Source: a virus. From it: a DNA stretch of 64,000 bases. Positions 19,201 to 29,139 of this stretch are shown in pieces (within the stretch, counting starts at the first letter, position 1; every line of letters starts with the position of its first letter). Under the pieces are notes generated by a model. The model was not told where the DNA came from. It made no database searches and saw only the letters and a program-made list of their open reading frames with translations. Position numbers and translations under genes: made by a program. The DNA lies in the IMG/VR virus record IMGVR_UViG_3300032285_001177; one strand, 5' to 3'.

Positions 19201-21876
19201 TTGAGTTGCGCTATCAACAGATTGAACTGTTGTACCACCAGCAACAGTGATTGTACCAGCACCAGTTAATGCAGTAAGTGCAGATCCTGGAATAATACCA
19301 GTTACGCTTGACATGTTTGTGATGATACCAGATCCAGCAGTTACCGTACCTGTAGGGCTTACTGCTGTTACAGAACCTAACTCGATGTTCTTATCATCAA
19401 CAGTTAGAGTGTTTGAGTTTACTGTAGTTGTAAGACCGTTAACAGTTAAGTTACCAGTGATCGTTGTATTACCACCGACGTTTAGGTCACCTGAAGCATT
19501 GATAGATCCTGTAGCACCAGTTGCACCTGTACCAACTCTAAATGATTGTATTACGCCGTCAGTGCCAACTAATGTATTAGTAGTAACACCTGTTGAACCA
19601 ACTGATAATGCACTAAATGCATTTATGGTCGCAGCTGTTGCACCGATAGATGCTGCGGTTACAGAACCTGATGTAACGATTGAACCTGTGGCACCAGTTG
19701 CGCCAGTACCAACTTGAATTGTTTGAGCTGTAAGGTTTACTGTATTAACACCTGTTGCACCGTGTGTAGGAGCATTAACAGCTGTTGATGCATTGATTGT
19801 TCCTGTAGCACCTGTAGCACCAGTACCGACCGTAAGTGTACCAAACGCGGCGTTATTTGTGATTACACCAGTAATAGCACTAATAGAACCTGTTGCTCCC
19901 GTAGCACCTGTGCCGAGGATAATATTAGGTGAAGTGATCCATCCGCCAAACGCAGCACTAGTTGCACCAATAGATTGCGCTGTTAGAGGACCAGAAGCAT
20001 TGATAGAACCGGTTGCACCTGTTGCACCTGTACCTACTTCAATAGTTTGTAATGCTGAATTAGTTGCAACTAATGTATTAGTAGTAACACCGGTTGAACC
20101 AACAGTCAATGCACTGAATGTATTGATTGTTGCTGCAGTTGCACCAATGGATGCAGCTGTAATTACACCAGATGCATTGATTGTGCCTGTCGCGCCTGTT
20201 GCTCCCGTACCAACTTGTAATGTTTGCACACTTCCATTAGTAGTAACTAATGTATTTGTTGTAACACCTGTTGCGCCAATTGTTGCTGAAGCTAACGTGT
20301 TTGTTGTTACACCAGTTGTTCCAATTGTTGCTGCAGATAATGTATTAGTAGTAACACCAGTTGCACCAACTGTTGCAGCAGATAATGTATTAGTAGTAAC
20401 ACCAGTTGCACCAACTGTTGCAGCAGATAATGTATTTGTTGTGATGCCTGTTGCACCAGCGGTACCGATATTTAAAGTATTAGTTGTGATACCAGATGCA
20501 CCGATTGTTTGCGCGCTAAACGTATTAATAGTTGCTGCAGTTGCACCAATAGATGCAGCTGTAACTGATGTTGTAGTTGTTATAGGACCAATAGTACTAA
20601 TCGCACCAGTAGAACCAGTTGCACCTAATGTAGTACCTACATTTAATGCATTGGGGATATTAATGTTACCGTTTGCATCTATTCCAAGTCTTATAGCTAT
20701 AGGAGCCGCACCAGTAGCACCGTATCTATCTCTTATTGCAAATTGTCGCGCGCCTGTTGCACCTGTTGCATACATATCAAAATATGCACCGTTTGTAGTA
20801 AGTGTTGAATCCCATTCTTGTAGTTCAACAGATGGGTTTCCACCCACACGGGCGACTTTAACTGAAGCAGAACCGTCTATTAAGTTAAAACTTCTGTTTG
20901 CTGGTAAACCAGTTGTAGTTCCTTGTACCCAAACGTTTGCGATATTTACGTCAGAGATCTTATTGCCAGCCAGTATATGACCATCAGTTGAATATACTCT
21001 ATTGTATAATCCAACGTTTAGGTCACCAGAAGCATTGATAGATCCAGTAGCACCAGTTGCTCCAGTGCCTACTCTTAATCCACCATTGATCCATGTTGAA
21101 TTATCTGTGCCAATCGTCATCGCATCGTATGTATTGCCATTGATTACGAAGTGGATTGGTTTTAATGCATATGTACCAATAGCAAGATCAGATGACTGAG
21201 ATGCAACGTATACCGTGTTAGGTTGGATAAATGCGCCGCTAGCACCAGTTGCGCCTGATGCACCAGTATTGAACAGCGATGAGTTCATACCAAACTCACC
21301 GTAGTAGGTTGAGTTGGTTGCTTGGTCGTTTGATACTACGAAGTTAGTAGAGGCACTTTGACCCGCAAAAGTATTTTGTAGGAGTAGTTGGTTATAGCTA
21401 TCTACAGATGATGACCATGAACCCATGATGTTGCCATCTGTATAGTTCAATGTACCGTATGAGTATGCTCCTTGTGCAGATGATGCACCTATAGAACCAT
21501 TAGCTATATAGTATGTACCTGAAAAAGCGCCAGAAGCATTAACAGAACCTGTTGCACCAACACCTGTTGCACCGACAGCAAGAGTTCCAGTAAATGATGT
21601 ATTTGTTGTATTAAGGTTTGAAGATATAGCACCTGTAGCACCTGAAGCGCCTGTCGCACCAGCTCCAACATGCAAACTACCTACAAGTTGTACAGATCCG
21701 GTTGCACCAGTAGAACCAACTAGTGGTCCTACTTGGAAGGTGTAGAAACCTCCCGAAGTTGGGACTTGACCGGTTGCTCCATAGAAGCCTGTCGCTCCTG
21801 AAGCCCCTTGAGGACCTGTTGTACCAATTGCACCAGCAAAACCACTTGATAATATATTTCTGATATCAGTTGTCAT
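16246..21876 (-). CDS. Very long tail-fibre-like protein with non-collagen [VI]GTGATGATG[ST]I repeats
   Basis: 1876 aa; fibre segment GNLTVNGLTTTVNSNTLTVDDKNIELG...GGGVTLKGATDKT; C-terminal ASDAGK...FNAGDMVTIVN...GNRTLAQYGMAT domain. Confidence 0.8.
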   Translation of the reverse strand: MTTDIRNILSSGFAGAIGTTGPQGASGATGFYGATGQVPTSGGFYTFQVGPLVGSTGATGSVQLVGSLHVGAGATGASGATGAISSNLNTTNTSFTGTLAVGATGVGATGSVNASGAFSGTYYIANGSIGASSAQGAYSYGTLNYTDGNIMGSWSSSVDSYNQLLLQNTFAGQSASTNFVVSNDQATNSTYYGEFGMNSSLFNTGASGATGASGAFIQPNTVYVASQSSDLAIGTYALKPIHFVINGNTYDAMTIGTDNSTWINGGLRVGTGATGATGSINASGDLNVGLYNRVYSTDGHILAGNKISDVNIANVWVQGTTTGLPANRSFNLIDGSASVKVARVGGNPSVELQEWDSTLTTNGAYFDMYATGATGARQFAIRDRYGATGAAPIAIRLGIDANGNINIPNALNVGTTLGATGSTGAISTIGPITTTTSVTAASIGATAATINTFSAQTIGASGITTNTLNIGTAGATGITTNTLSAATVGATGVTTNTLSAATVGATGVTTNTLSAATIGTTGVTTNTLASATIGATGVTTNTLVTTNGSVQTLQVGTGATGATGTINASGVITAASIGATAATINTFSALTVGSTGVTTNTLVATNSALQTIEVGTGATGATGSINASGPLTAQSIGATSAAFGGWITSPNIILGTGATGATGSISAITGVITNNAAFGTLTVGTGATGATGTINASTAVNAPTHGATGVNTVNLTAQTIQVGTGATGATGSIVTSGSVTAASIGATAATINAFSALSVGSTGVTTNTLVGTDGVIQSFRVGTGATGATGSINASGDLNVGGNTTITGNLTVNGLTTTVNSNTLTVDDKNIELGSVTAVSPTGTVTAGSGIITNMSSVTGIIPGSALTALTGAGTITVAGGTTVQSVDSATQITLSAALTGTGGPTAGVTLTIGGVTDVTAAGGGVTLKGATDKTLSWAATATTAGTNTGYWNASDNWNLGGASLTYYINNVAVLSSTTLGTNVVNSSLTSVGVLKNAVVGAGTAGATGSIIATGSINAASFSTGATGASGTITATNLAIQTIEVGTGATGATGTINASVAVNAPTHGATGVNTVNLAAQTIEVGTGATGATGSINALVGVFANNVSHGTITVGTGATGATGTVITSNTISAPNLAIGTGATGATGVINASLSVNAPTLGATAANTVNLTAQTIQIGTGATGATGSINASGQIAATALASSTLAIGGATVGSTGTIITTNTVSAPNLAIGTGATGATGVINASLSVNAPTLGATAANVVNIAVQTIEVGTGATGATGSINTSGNISATTNIASGTLTVGTGATGATGTVMASNTITAPNLAIGTGATGATGAITASLSVNTPTLGATAVNAVNTVTQNLQIGLGATGILGSTGSIIANANIGTGTLTVGTGATGATGSITASGEIKAGLAMFAQSLQIGNIGASGATGSIYALGRIDGNTLAITGGISAGTSSPGATGTVSASGSITALGNMLAGGISIGNAGLGASGAVLVNGAIAAGGVSVGATGTISAFNSINSSQGMGAQALAIGTGATGATGTINTSGQIQSPNLAVGTTGATGYIGSTGSMSATTAYFNTAYLAGVLLASGATGSTGPIGATGPAAINGASGATGVAINGATGSTGPAAVNGASGASGASGASGATGISGASGASGASGINGATGVQGASGATGVGGTNPVLLAVGTGATGATGSINASGNISGTGININTTPTIGASGVVVLNAAVAVGGASAGATGSINASGMIITSNITVGTGATGATGVINASGIISDSKGDVRAAPINTQGGAYIAAASDAGKTIYISTGGVTINASVFNAGDMVTIVNNSASAQTITAGTSVTFRLAGTASTGNRTLAQYGMATYLCVVGGGTPTFHCSGAGLT
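20333..20436. repeat. Exact 45-bp tandem repeat, about 2.3 copies
   Basis: Unit gcagataatgtattagtagtaacaccagttgcaccaactgttgca starts at 20333 and 20378, partial at 20423; encodes AATVGATGVTTNTLS. Confidence 0.9.
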
Positions 21877-21885
21877 GTTCTATTC

Positions 21886-22428
21886 TTAAGAAGTTACTGC
21901 AACGATTGTATTTACATTTGTTTGGATATTATCAATCTTACCAATCTTACCTGCTACTGTATCAGTAGAGTAGTTAGTTGGGCTTGTATTCCATACTGTA
22001 TCAGCGATAGTAGCTGCTGAAGGTACAGAAACTGGGATAGTATTATAAGCGTAAGCTAAGTTAGATACAGTTGATTGAACACCACCAGCATTAACTATGA
22101 ATACCGGCGAAGTCGTCGTGTCGTTGTATATAGTACCAACAACTGATACTTGACTATTTACGACGATCTGCCATCCATTAGTTAAGAAGTAGATGTCACC
22201 AGCATATATACCGCCAGTGATAGGGTCACCTCCAATAGCTCGCATGGGACGTAAATAGCTGGCATTCTGACGTCTCTGCAACCAACGTTTCATTGCAGAG
22301 TAAATGTCAGCCTTTACCGATACTGAGGTATACTGAGTATTGATAAGGATCTGTTTATTGATCCCATCAAACGTAACCTTAAGAGGATCTAATAGATCAT
22401 CCCAAAAACTAATAGAAGTTGTCCACAC
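21886..22428 (-). CDS. Hypothetical virion-associated protein
   Basis: 180-aa ORF with GTG start, packed between fibre genes (MRAIGGDP...YFLTNGWQI). Confidence 0.65.
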   Translation of the reverse strand: MWTTSISFWDDLLDPLKVTFDGINKQILINTQYTSVSVKADIYSAMKRWLQRRQNASYLRPMRAIGGDPITGGIYAGDIYFLTNGWQIVVNSQVSVVGTIYNDTTTSPVFIVNAGGVQSTVSNLAYAYNTIPVSVPSAATIADTVWNTSPTNYSTDTVAGKIGKIDNIQTNVNTIVAVTS

Positions 22429-22430
22429 AA

Positions 22431-24923
22431 TTAACGCATCTCCCTCCAGTATTTAGTATAGAAGAACGATCCAGTTGCACCACCGATTGCACCTAAGTTC
22501 TTAACACCAAAGATGAATACACCTTTAGCGTCTTCTGCAGTATTAAGTGCTGGACCTAAACCGAATGATTTTTCAATACGATCGCCAAGAGCAGCACGAC
22601 CAGCACTGTTACCTGGAGCAAAGAATGATTCGATAGGTTTAAATGAATAGTATGCACCATATGAACCGATAGTTACACCGTTATTTGCTGTAGATGTTTG
22701 ATCACCATTAACTGCTAGTTGATATGTTCCAACACCGCCTGGTGTATAGAATGATACAGCACCTGAAGGAGCAGCATTTAAAGGTTTAGATAACAATACG
22801 ACACCAGTTGCACCAACTGAAGCTTGTGTTACAGACTCAACGAATGTACCAGCAACGATAGCACCTGTAGAACCCATTACTATTTGACCAGCAGCAACAC
22901 CGTTACCGTTTGCCACAGTGATCGTAGTGGAACCTGCACCAGTTGCACCAACTGTTGGAGATGCTACCCAATTTTGTGGTTGAGAAGTTGAACCAGTTGC
23001 TCCAGTCGCTGTTAGTTGGCCAACACATCTTGTTCTTGCTGCAAGTGAACCAGTTACACCAGCTAAAGAGATTGAACCGTTAACGTATAGAGGACCAGAC
23101 GCATATGTTGGAGGAGCTGTGATGTACATCTCTTTTAATAAACCAGAACCAACTGCACCAGTTAATGTAAGTATTGAACCAGATATTGTACCAGCCACAC
23201 CAGTTGCAGCTGTCGACCAATATTGATACTGAGCAAAGTCAGTAGCTTTTTGATCTACATATAACATAGTTGATGGAGCGATTGTTTCTGACCATTGTAA
23301 GTTGTTTACCCATTTTTCTGAAGGAGCTACGAAGATACCAACGTGTAAGTTAGCAGCTGTGTTAGAAGCCCAATCGAACGTTTCATGGATACCAATGATT
23401 GAGTTTTGGATAGCCATCTGAGCAGAACCACTATAACCTGCTGTACCTGTGCCAGTTGCTGTAAACTTAACACCAATAGCATTAGCACTAGCACCGATCG
23501 CAGTAAAGTCTTGGATCGGAGATGCTGCACCTAATGCAGTGATATTATAACTTGCACCAACTACAAATGTACCAGGTGATTGTGTAGGACCTGCAACAGT
23601 GCTCTTAGCTTTAAACTGTAGACATGGTTTATAGTTACCATCTGCTGGGATTAATACGTTATCGTCTGGTGTAATATGAATAGCAACACCAGAATATTTA
23701 ATATCAGATGTTTCTGTAAATACAACAGCAGCACCAACACGCATCGTAAATCCAGTAGCTGAACTTGATGATGTTCTGTTTGATAGAGTAACTGTACCAC
23801 CATTTGGGTTTGAAACAGTTTGTGTATAGTTAGAAGTTTGCCATGTTACTGGTAATGATAAGTTGCGGCATGAAGGACCAACAATGCCAGCACTTTCAAT
23901 AGGAGTAAATTGATGACATGTGATACGACGACCGTCTTGTGTTTCAACACCTAAACGAATTCGACCAATAGTACCTTGTACATCCATCCACCATAAGTTA
24001 TTGAGTGACCAATTTAATAAGAAGTCAGACTTAGTAGCAGAAGTTAAAGTATTAACGTTCCAATAATCTTGTCTATAAACTGTTTCAACTGGAACACCTG
24101 ATGTGTCAGATCTTAAGAACACATACATGTAACCATCAGAGTTTAAACGGAAACCAAAGCCGTTGTTGTCGTCAAAGTATCCCCATTCTGCGATCTTACC
24201 AGTTTGAAGTGAACCACCAAAGTAACCACCACCGCCACCAGCTGTGATAGCTAATGATGTATATATTAATTGTGAAACACCCGGTTTATATGGATGGTAT
24301 TGACCAGTAGATCTACGAGCTAAGTCACCAGCTGCAGTAGTCGTTGTATAGACCATTGATGATGTATTTGGGTTATGAACTACTGAACCAGAACCAGAAG
24401 ATGTTGTGTAGTACCTAGTAGATAAGTCTTGTACGAAGTGGTAGTATTCACCAGCCGCTTGCATCTGAGATACTTGCATGTGACCCCATGCATCGAACTG
24501 TGGAGTACCCTCTTGGAATCTAGTATATGCTGCTCCTTTATTATCTACAGATAATGTATATTCAGGAACCTTAGCATCTGAGATATTTAAAACTGGTTGA
24601 TAGATAGGTGAACCACTTGAACCAAGAGCTGTGATAGTACCATATAACGTACCAGCACCTAATGAAGCACTCGTTAAGTTTTCACCAGAAACAAACTGAG
24701 TTACAGATGTACTAGTTACGTTGATGAACCAGCTTACAGAACCATCAGGAGCATTATAACTACCGATTAAGTTACCATAACATCCGCTGGATGCACCATA
24801 CATTAAAGTATTTAGCTCAGGTGTTGTAGTTACAGAGACAGTTAAATCATTAAGAAGTCTGTGTCTAACCTTCTTACCAACCCCATCTGGTGGTAATTGA
24901 ATTGTATTAGTAGTTATTGCCAT
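22431..24923 (-). CDS. Beta-sandwich (lectin-like) virion protein, paralogue of 29139..32045
   Basis: FDAWGHMQVS, YHPYKPGVSQ, WGYFDDNNGFGF, YWNVNTL, WWMDVQG..GRIRLG align by eye with motifs in the 968-aa protein. Confidence 0.65.
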   Translation of the reverse strand: MAITTNTIQLPPDGVGKKVRHRLLNDLTVSVTTTPELNTLMYGASSGCYGNLIGSYNAPDGSVSWFINVTSTSVTQFVSGENLTSASLGAGTLYGTITALGSSGSPIYQPVLNISDAKVPEYTLSVDNKGAAYTRFQEGTPQFDAWGHMQVSQMQAAGEYYHFVQDLSTRYYTTSSGSGSVVHNPNTSSMVYTTTTAAGDLARRSTGQYHPYKPGVSQLIYTSLAITAGGGGGYFGGSLQTGKIAEWGYFDDNNGFGFRLNSDGYMYVFLRSDTSGVPVETVYRQDYWNVNTLTSATKSDFLLNWSLNNLWWMDVQGTIGRIRLGVETQDGRRITCHQFTPIESAGIVGPSCRNLSLPVTWQTSNYTQTVSNPNGGTVTLSNRTSSSSATGFTMRVGAAVVFTETSDIKYSGVAIHITPDDNVLIPADGNYKPCLQFKAKSTVAGPTQSPGTFVVGASYNITALGAASPIQDFTAIGASANAIGVKFTATGTGTAGYSGSAQMAIQNSIIGIHETFDWASNTAANLHVGIFVAPSEKWVNNLQWSETIAPSTMLYVDQKATDFAQYQYWSTAATGVAGTISGSILTLTGAVGSGLLKEMYITAPPTYASGPLYVNGSISLAGVTGSLAARTRCVGQLTATGATGSTSQPQNWVASPTVGATGAGSTTITVANGNGVAAGQIVMGSTGAIVAGTFVESVTQASVGATGVVLLSKPLNAAPSGAVSFYTPGGVGTYQLAVNGDQTSTANNGVTIGSYGAYYSFKPIESFFAPGNSAGRAALGDRIEKSFGLGPALNTAEDAKGVFIFGVKNLGAIGGATGSFFYTKYWREMR

Positions 24924-24951
24924 GTTAGCGTCCTTGTTTAAAAGTTTATTA

Positions 24952-24959
24952 TATTTATA
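24952..24959 (-). promoter_or_regulatory. Late promoter upstream of 22431..24923
   Basis: Exact intergenic TATAAATA. Confidence 0.8.
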
Positions 24960-24963
24960 ATAC

Positions 24964-27900
24964 TTAACCTATGATATTCGTAATACTTCCACCAACTGGG
25001 GTTGTAGCACTGGTACCTGTTACAGTATACGTTATAGAAGTTAATGAAGGTATTGATGTGATTATACATGAAGTTGGTAAGCCTCCATATAATGCACCAA
25101 TTCCGGATGTTGCTGAAATACTTTGCCCTACATACATTTCACCGGTAGATGTTAAACCGGTAACTACAGCAGACCATGTTGGGAATGCTCCTGTAACCGT
25201 TCCAACAGTACCAGTTGCGCTCAATACATTACTATAGTTCAACTCTTGAGTATTAATAGCTGCAATGATGGTAGTAGTAAATGGAGCTAAAGTAGCAGTA
25301 ACATTAAAGTAATCTGCGTTTATTCTACCTAAAGCAACTAATATAACTGATGGACCTGATATAACTGAACATTTCGATGTATCAGTTGTGCCAAAAGTAG
25401 ATCCAGATGTATACGCTGTAGTAACTTCATACCATGTAGTTGCAGCTGCAACTCTATTACTGAATTGATCACCTACTTTGTAAGTATTATTTGCAACCCA
25501 CGCGCCTTGTGTATTATAGATGTAATCATAGTTAAATGTTACTGATGAAGATGTAACTGTACCTTTAACTTCGAATGAACCATCAGCTGATAGGTCTGTA
25601 CTTAATGATTTAACCAACACCGCATCATTAGTACCAAACTTTAATGATGAGCCTGAAGTATTAAGTTGTTTATAGAATAACCTGTATACAGCACTACCAT
25701 AATCTGATTGAACGTATGAGTCAAACGTTATTTGACCAAACGTTGTAGTATTTTGTACGACTATACTATTTCCCGGTACTGTCGTATATGTAGAAGCGTT
25801 TGCAGTTGAAGATGTATTTGTCCAGATGAATGAAGTTCCAGTAGCACCGATCAAGTTTAAGTCATACGTATTGCCAGAAAACGTCTTATCAGAGTTAGTT
25901 AATGTGATACCAGTAGCTCCGCCAGTATAGTTAACTTTAAGAGCACCTGCAGCATTAGTATTATTTGTAAATGAACATGATACTAGTCTATTAAGAGCAT
26001 TCTGTAGATCTGTTTGTGATGTACCGTTGATGATGACAGCAGCTCCTGATGCACCTAATGTACCAGTTGCACCATAACATGTATTACCTGCCGCAGCATT
26101 AAAGTTACATAACGTCATGATAGGACCAGTAGCACCAGATGCAGGTCTTACTGGGATCTCAGAGCAGTTTGTAAATGCTACAGATGTTAGTGGAACGTTT
26201 GCGTTTAGCGTAACGATACCAGCACCGTTAATCACCGTATTATTAAATGTATATGTTGCAGAAGCACTAGTATTTGGGCTAAATCCCCATGTGTACTTAT
26301 CTTGGGAGATGATAGTAGCATTACTATGGATGATAGTATCACCAGTACCTGCATAGTATGTAATACCTGCAGCATTAGGAACTGAATTATAGAATACTTG
26401 TTTCTTAGCTACATCATAGATCTTTGGAAACTCGATCGCAGATGAATCAAGGTTTAAGTAGATAGGATCAGTACCACCGTTACCAAACTGTAATGGTTGT
26501 AGCACTAGCGCTTGGTCGATACCTTGTTGGATAACGCTTAGACGTTCTTTACCAACAGCAGCAGCTTTTGCCATACCCTTTGTATCTACTGGGAAGTATT
26601 GATTACCTCCTGCGATCACTGTAGTATCTAATGCCCACATCGAACCAAACTGCCATGACGGAGTAGGAGTTCCTACAGCAGAAGTAAAGAATCCAAATGA
26701 TCCAACATTTGTTGTATCTAGTAGACCAGTTGAACCTATGATCTTAGATCCAGTTGCTCCAGCTGCTGGTCCTGTTGCTCCAGGATGTACGACCATTGGA
26801 ACGTGTGTTGCTGTATCAAATGGAGTATTTGAACCATGTACATGCCATATTTTCCAATTGCCAGATATATATGTATTTGTTGTATTAGTATAAGCACCAG
26901 TTGCACCTGATGCAATACCAAATCCAATACCTTTTGTTATATCACGACCGATGCCATCTGTGTTTTGATACGTCGCTGGAGTGGTTGGTTTTGAATGAAC
27001 TAAGATGTTTCTATATCCAATATTGATACCACCAGTTGCACCGCCTACTGCTAGGTATGCGCCTTTATATTGTTTTGTTACGATAGTACCATGGGTCATA
27101 GTACCCATTGAGTGATATGAATTTAATCCTACGTCAGTAGAAGCAGCAACAGCACCTGATTCTAAGTTACTACCAGCTAAAGATATACCAAACGGTCTGA
27201 TACCAGATGCACCAGTTGCACCAGTCGCTCCGCCTAATACTGCAAATGCAGCTTGACCGTTATATGCTGTTGTACCATTGATAGGAGATATGTATTTAGA
27301 GCTATCGCCTGCACAATATGCAGGTATAACTGCGGTACCTGTTGCACCAGTAATTGATGGGCTGATGCCTAAAACAATAGCATGGCCAACAAATGTTGCT
27401 GCAGTTGTTTGAGAATATCCAACAGTACCTGGTGTTTGTCCAGCAGTTCTTTGAACTGTGTAGCTTAATGCAGATGAGTTCGATGCATAGTCTGCACCGT
27501 ATTCATATACGACTGGACCTTCCATGATCATCGGAACTATCGCACTATTTGTTGTTAAAGCGTATAGAACTAAACTATTGTCTACAGTGGTAGTTAACTG
27601 TGGCATAAAACCTACTGCAGCAGTTGTAGTAGACGTTACGATCCTATAACCTGTACCAGCACCACCAGTTCCATTAAATGGAGATGATGTGTTAACATCT
27701 TGTAAAGCTATGATGTGTACACCTGCGACAGCAGATGTAGTTGCCCAGCTAAAAACAGGATCAGCATCTGCACCAGTAGAAACCTTATATAAGATCGCGG
27801 TAGTATGACCAGATGATACAAATGATTGTGCAAGAGATGTCCAACCAGTAGCTGAGACAGTAACAGTTGCTGTAGTTGTCCTAACAACAACGATAGCAAG

Positions 27901-27996
27901 TAATAAGTCACCTGCTACATCGTTAGGTAAGTAACCTGTTATATTAAGCGCGCTGGCGCTGGTATAGTTTGATGCGGAGTCTCTTATGGCTGCCAT
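24964..27996 (-). CDS. Large multi-domain virion/fibre protein with probable beta-helix segment
   Basis: 1010 aa, Thr/Ser/Gly rich; AGDLLLAIV...GWT N-terminal module; FTNCS/CNFN/CSFTNN repeats; WVANNTYKVGD motif. Confidence 0.65.
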   Translation of the reverse strand: MAAIRDSASNYTSASALNITGYLPNDVAGDLLLAIVVVRTTTATVTVSATGWTSLAQSFVSSGHTTAILYKVSTGADADPVFSWATTSAVAGVHIIALQDVNTSSPFNGTGGAGTGYRIVTSTTTAAVGFMPQLTTTVDNSLVLYALTTNSAIVPMIMEGPVVYEYGADYASNSSALSYTVQRTAGQTPGTVGYSQTTAATFVGHAIVLGISPSITGATGTAVIPAYCAGDSSKYISPINGTTAYNGQAAFAVLGGATGATGASGIRPFGISLAGSNLESGAVAASTDVGLNSYHSMGTMTHGTIVTKQYKGAYLAVGGATGGINIGYRNILVHSKPTTPATYQNTDGIGRDITKGIGFGIASGATGAYTNTTNTYISGNWKIWHVHGSNTPFDTATHVPMVVHPGATGPAAGATGSKIIGSTGLLDTTNVGSFGFFTSAVGTPTPSWQFGSMWALDTTVIAGGNQYFPVDTKGMAKAAAVGKERLSVIQQGIDQALVLQPLQFGNGGTDPIYLNLDSSAIEFPKIYDVAKKQVFYNSVPNAAGITYYAGTGDTIIHSNATIISQDKYTWGFSPNTSASATYTFNNTVINGAGIVTLNANVPLTSVAFTNCSEIPVRPASGATGPIMTLCNFNAAAGNTCYGATGTLGASGAAVIINGTSQTDLQNALNRLVSCSFTNNTNAAGALKVNYTGGATGITLTNSDKTFSGNTYDLNLIGATGTSFIWTNTSSTANASTYTTVPGNSIVVQNTTTFGQITFDSYVQSDYGSAVYRLFYKQLNTSGSSLKFGTNDAVLVKSLSTDLSADGSFEVKGTVTSSSVTFNYDYIYNTQGAWVANNTYKVGDQFSNRVAAATTWYEVTTAYTSGSTFGTTDTSKCSVISGPSVILVALGRINADYFNVTATLAPFTTTIIAAINTQELNYSNVLSATGTVGTVTGAFPTWSAVVTGLTSTGEMYVGQSISATSGIGALYGGLPTSCIITSIPSLTSITYTVTGTSATTPVGGSITNIIG

Positions 27997-28376
27997 TATG
28001 CAAGGATCTCAGTTGCTCGTTCTTCGGTTAATAAATTTACACTAACTAAATACCCAATACTATCGATGATAGTCTCATCATCTGTATATATGGTATCCGC
28101 TAAGTCTATCATAAAAATAAAATCTTTGACTTTATCATCGTTTGAGTTTCTTATAGCTATACGCTCATCTGAAGTAAAGCGTGTCATAAATTCAAACGTA
28201 GTATGTTTTGTAGTATTAGGCACAAGAGATAAACTATCTTTGTCCCATCTTACTTTATTAAGGTTAGGAACTTGTCCTTCAAAGTCTATTGCAGAAACTC
28301 CGTTGATACTAACAGCACCTTCAGTAGTAACACCTACTAAAGATAGATCTTCTGAATATAATACATAATACGCCAT
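27996..28376 (-). CDS. Small acidic protein, possible fibre assembly chaperone
   Basis: 126 aa; FMTRFTSDERIAIR...LVSVNLLTEERATEIL C-terminus typical of small genes next to phage fibres; AAGGAAG RBS. Confidence 0.55.
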   Translation of the reverse strand: MAYYVLYSEDLSLVGVTTEGAVSINGVSAIDFEGQVPNLNKVRWDKDSLSLVPNTTKHTTFEFMTRFTSDERIAIRNSNDDKVKDFIFMIDLADTIYTDDETIIDSIGYLVSVNLLTEERATEILA

Positions 28377-28386
28377 ATTACTTCCT

Positions 28387-28394
28387 TATTTATG
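28387..28394 (-). promoter_or_regulatory. Possible late promoter variant CATAAATA
   Basis: 7/8 match overlapping the upstream stop codon. Confidence 0.45.
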
Positions 28395-29139
28395 TGATAC
28401 TGTAGTATATGCTGCTTACTGATCCAAGAGCATCATAGTTAAATAGTTTATTATATTGACTTGCAAAAGCAGAACCTGTTATAGCAATCTGCGATATAGT
28501 TCCATTAGTATTATAACTATAAGTCTTAGTTACTGTACCGCTGCCTGTAGAATACACGATCGATGTAATTATACCTGCAATATCTTTATTGATAGTATAG
28601 TTATATGCATTAATGTTTTTTGCTAGTGATTCGTACGTCGTTGGTACTGTACCAGTTGCTCCTGTAGCACCCGCTGCAGCTGTAGTAGCTGTAACTTGCC
28701 ATGTAGCACCATCATATATGAACTCACATGTAATACCTTTAATCGTTAGTAATACATCATCATTGATCGATTCTATCGATGAACCATTACGAGCAATAGT
28801 TAAGTTATGTTCTGCCCAATTCCCACCATCACTGATTACAAGATATGTTCCTGCAGTAGGATTAGCTGGTAACGTAATCGTAAATGCAGCAGAAGTAGTG
28901 TTTGCTAATACCCTCTCACCATTTGATATCGTATAGTTAGAGGTTTTTACTATCCATGGAGCTAAAGCACCACTTGCACCAACACCACTAGCACCTGATG
29001 CACCTTGAGGACCCTGAGGACCTGAGGCACCACCAGTTGGACCTTGTATACCAGTTGCACCCGCAGGACCAGTAGAGCCTGTAGCTCCACCTGGTCCAAC
29101 GAACGAGCCAGTAATTAAGTTGCTTAGTATTACTGACAT
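28390..29139 (-). CDS. Short collagen-like fibre protein with a T4 gp9/gp10-like module
   Basis: G-X-Y tract, then ANTTSAAFTITLPANPTAG...NLTIARNGSSIE...YDGATWQV. Confidence 0.7.
   Translation of the reverse strand: MSVILSNLITGSFVGPGGATGSTGPAGATGIQGPTGGASGPQGPQGASGASGVGASGALAPWIVKTSNYTISNGERVLANTTSAAFTITLPANPTAGTYLVISDGGNWAEHNLTIARNGSSIESINDDVLLTIKGITCEFIYDGATWQVTATTAAAGATGATGTVPTTYESLAKNINAYNYTINKDIAGIITSIVYSTGSGTVTKTYSYNTNGTISQIAITGSAFASQYNKLFNYDALGSVSSIYYSIT

Noticed and set aside
16246-21876. Ice-nucleation or antifreeze protein
   Set aside because: No AGYGSTxT 8/16/48-residue periodicity or regular TxT ladder; phage fibre domains flank the repeats.
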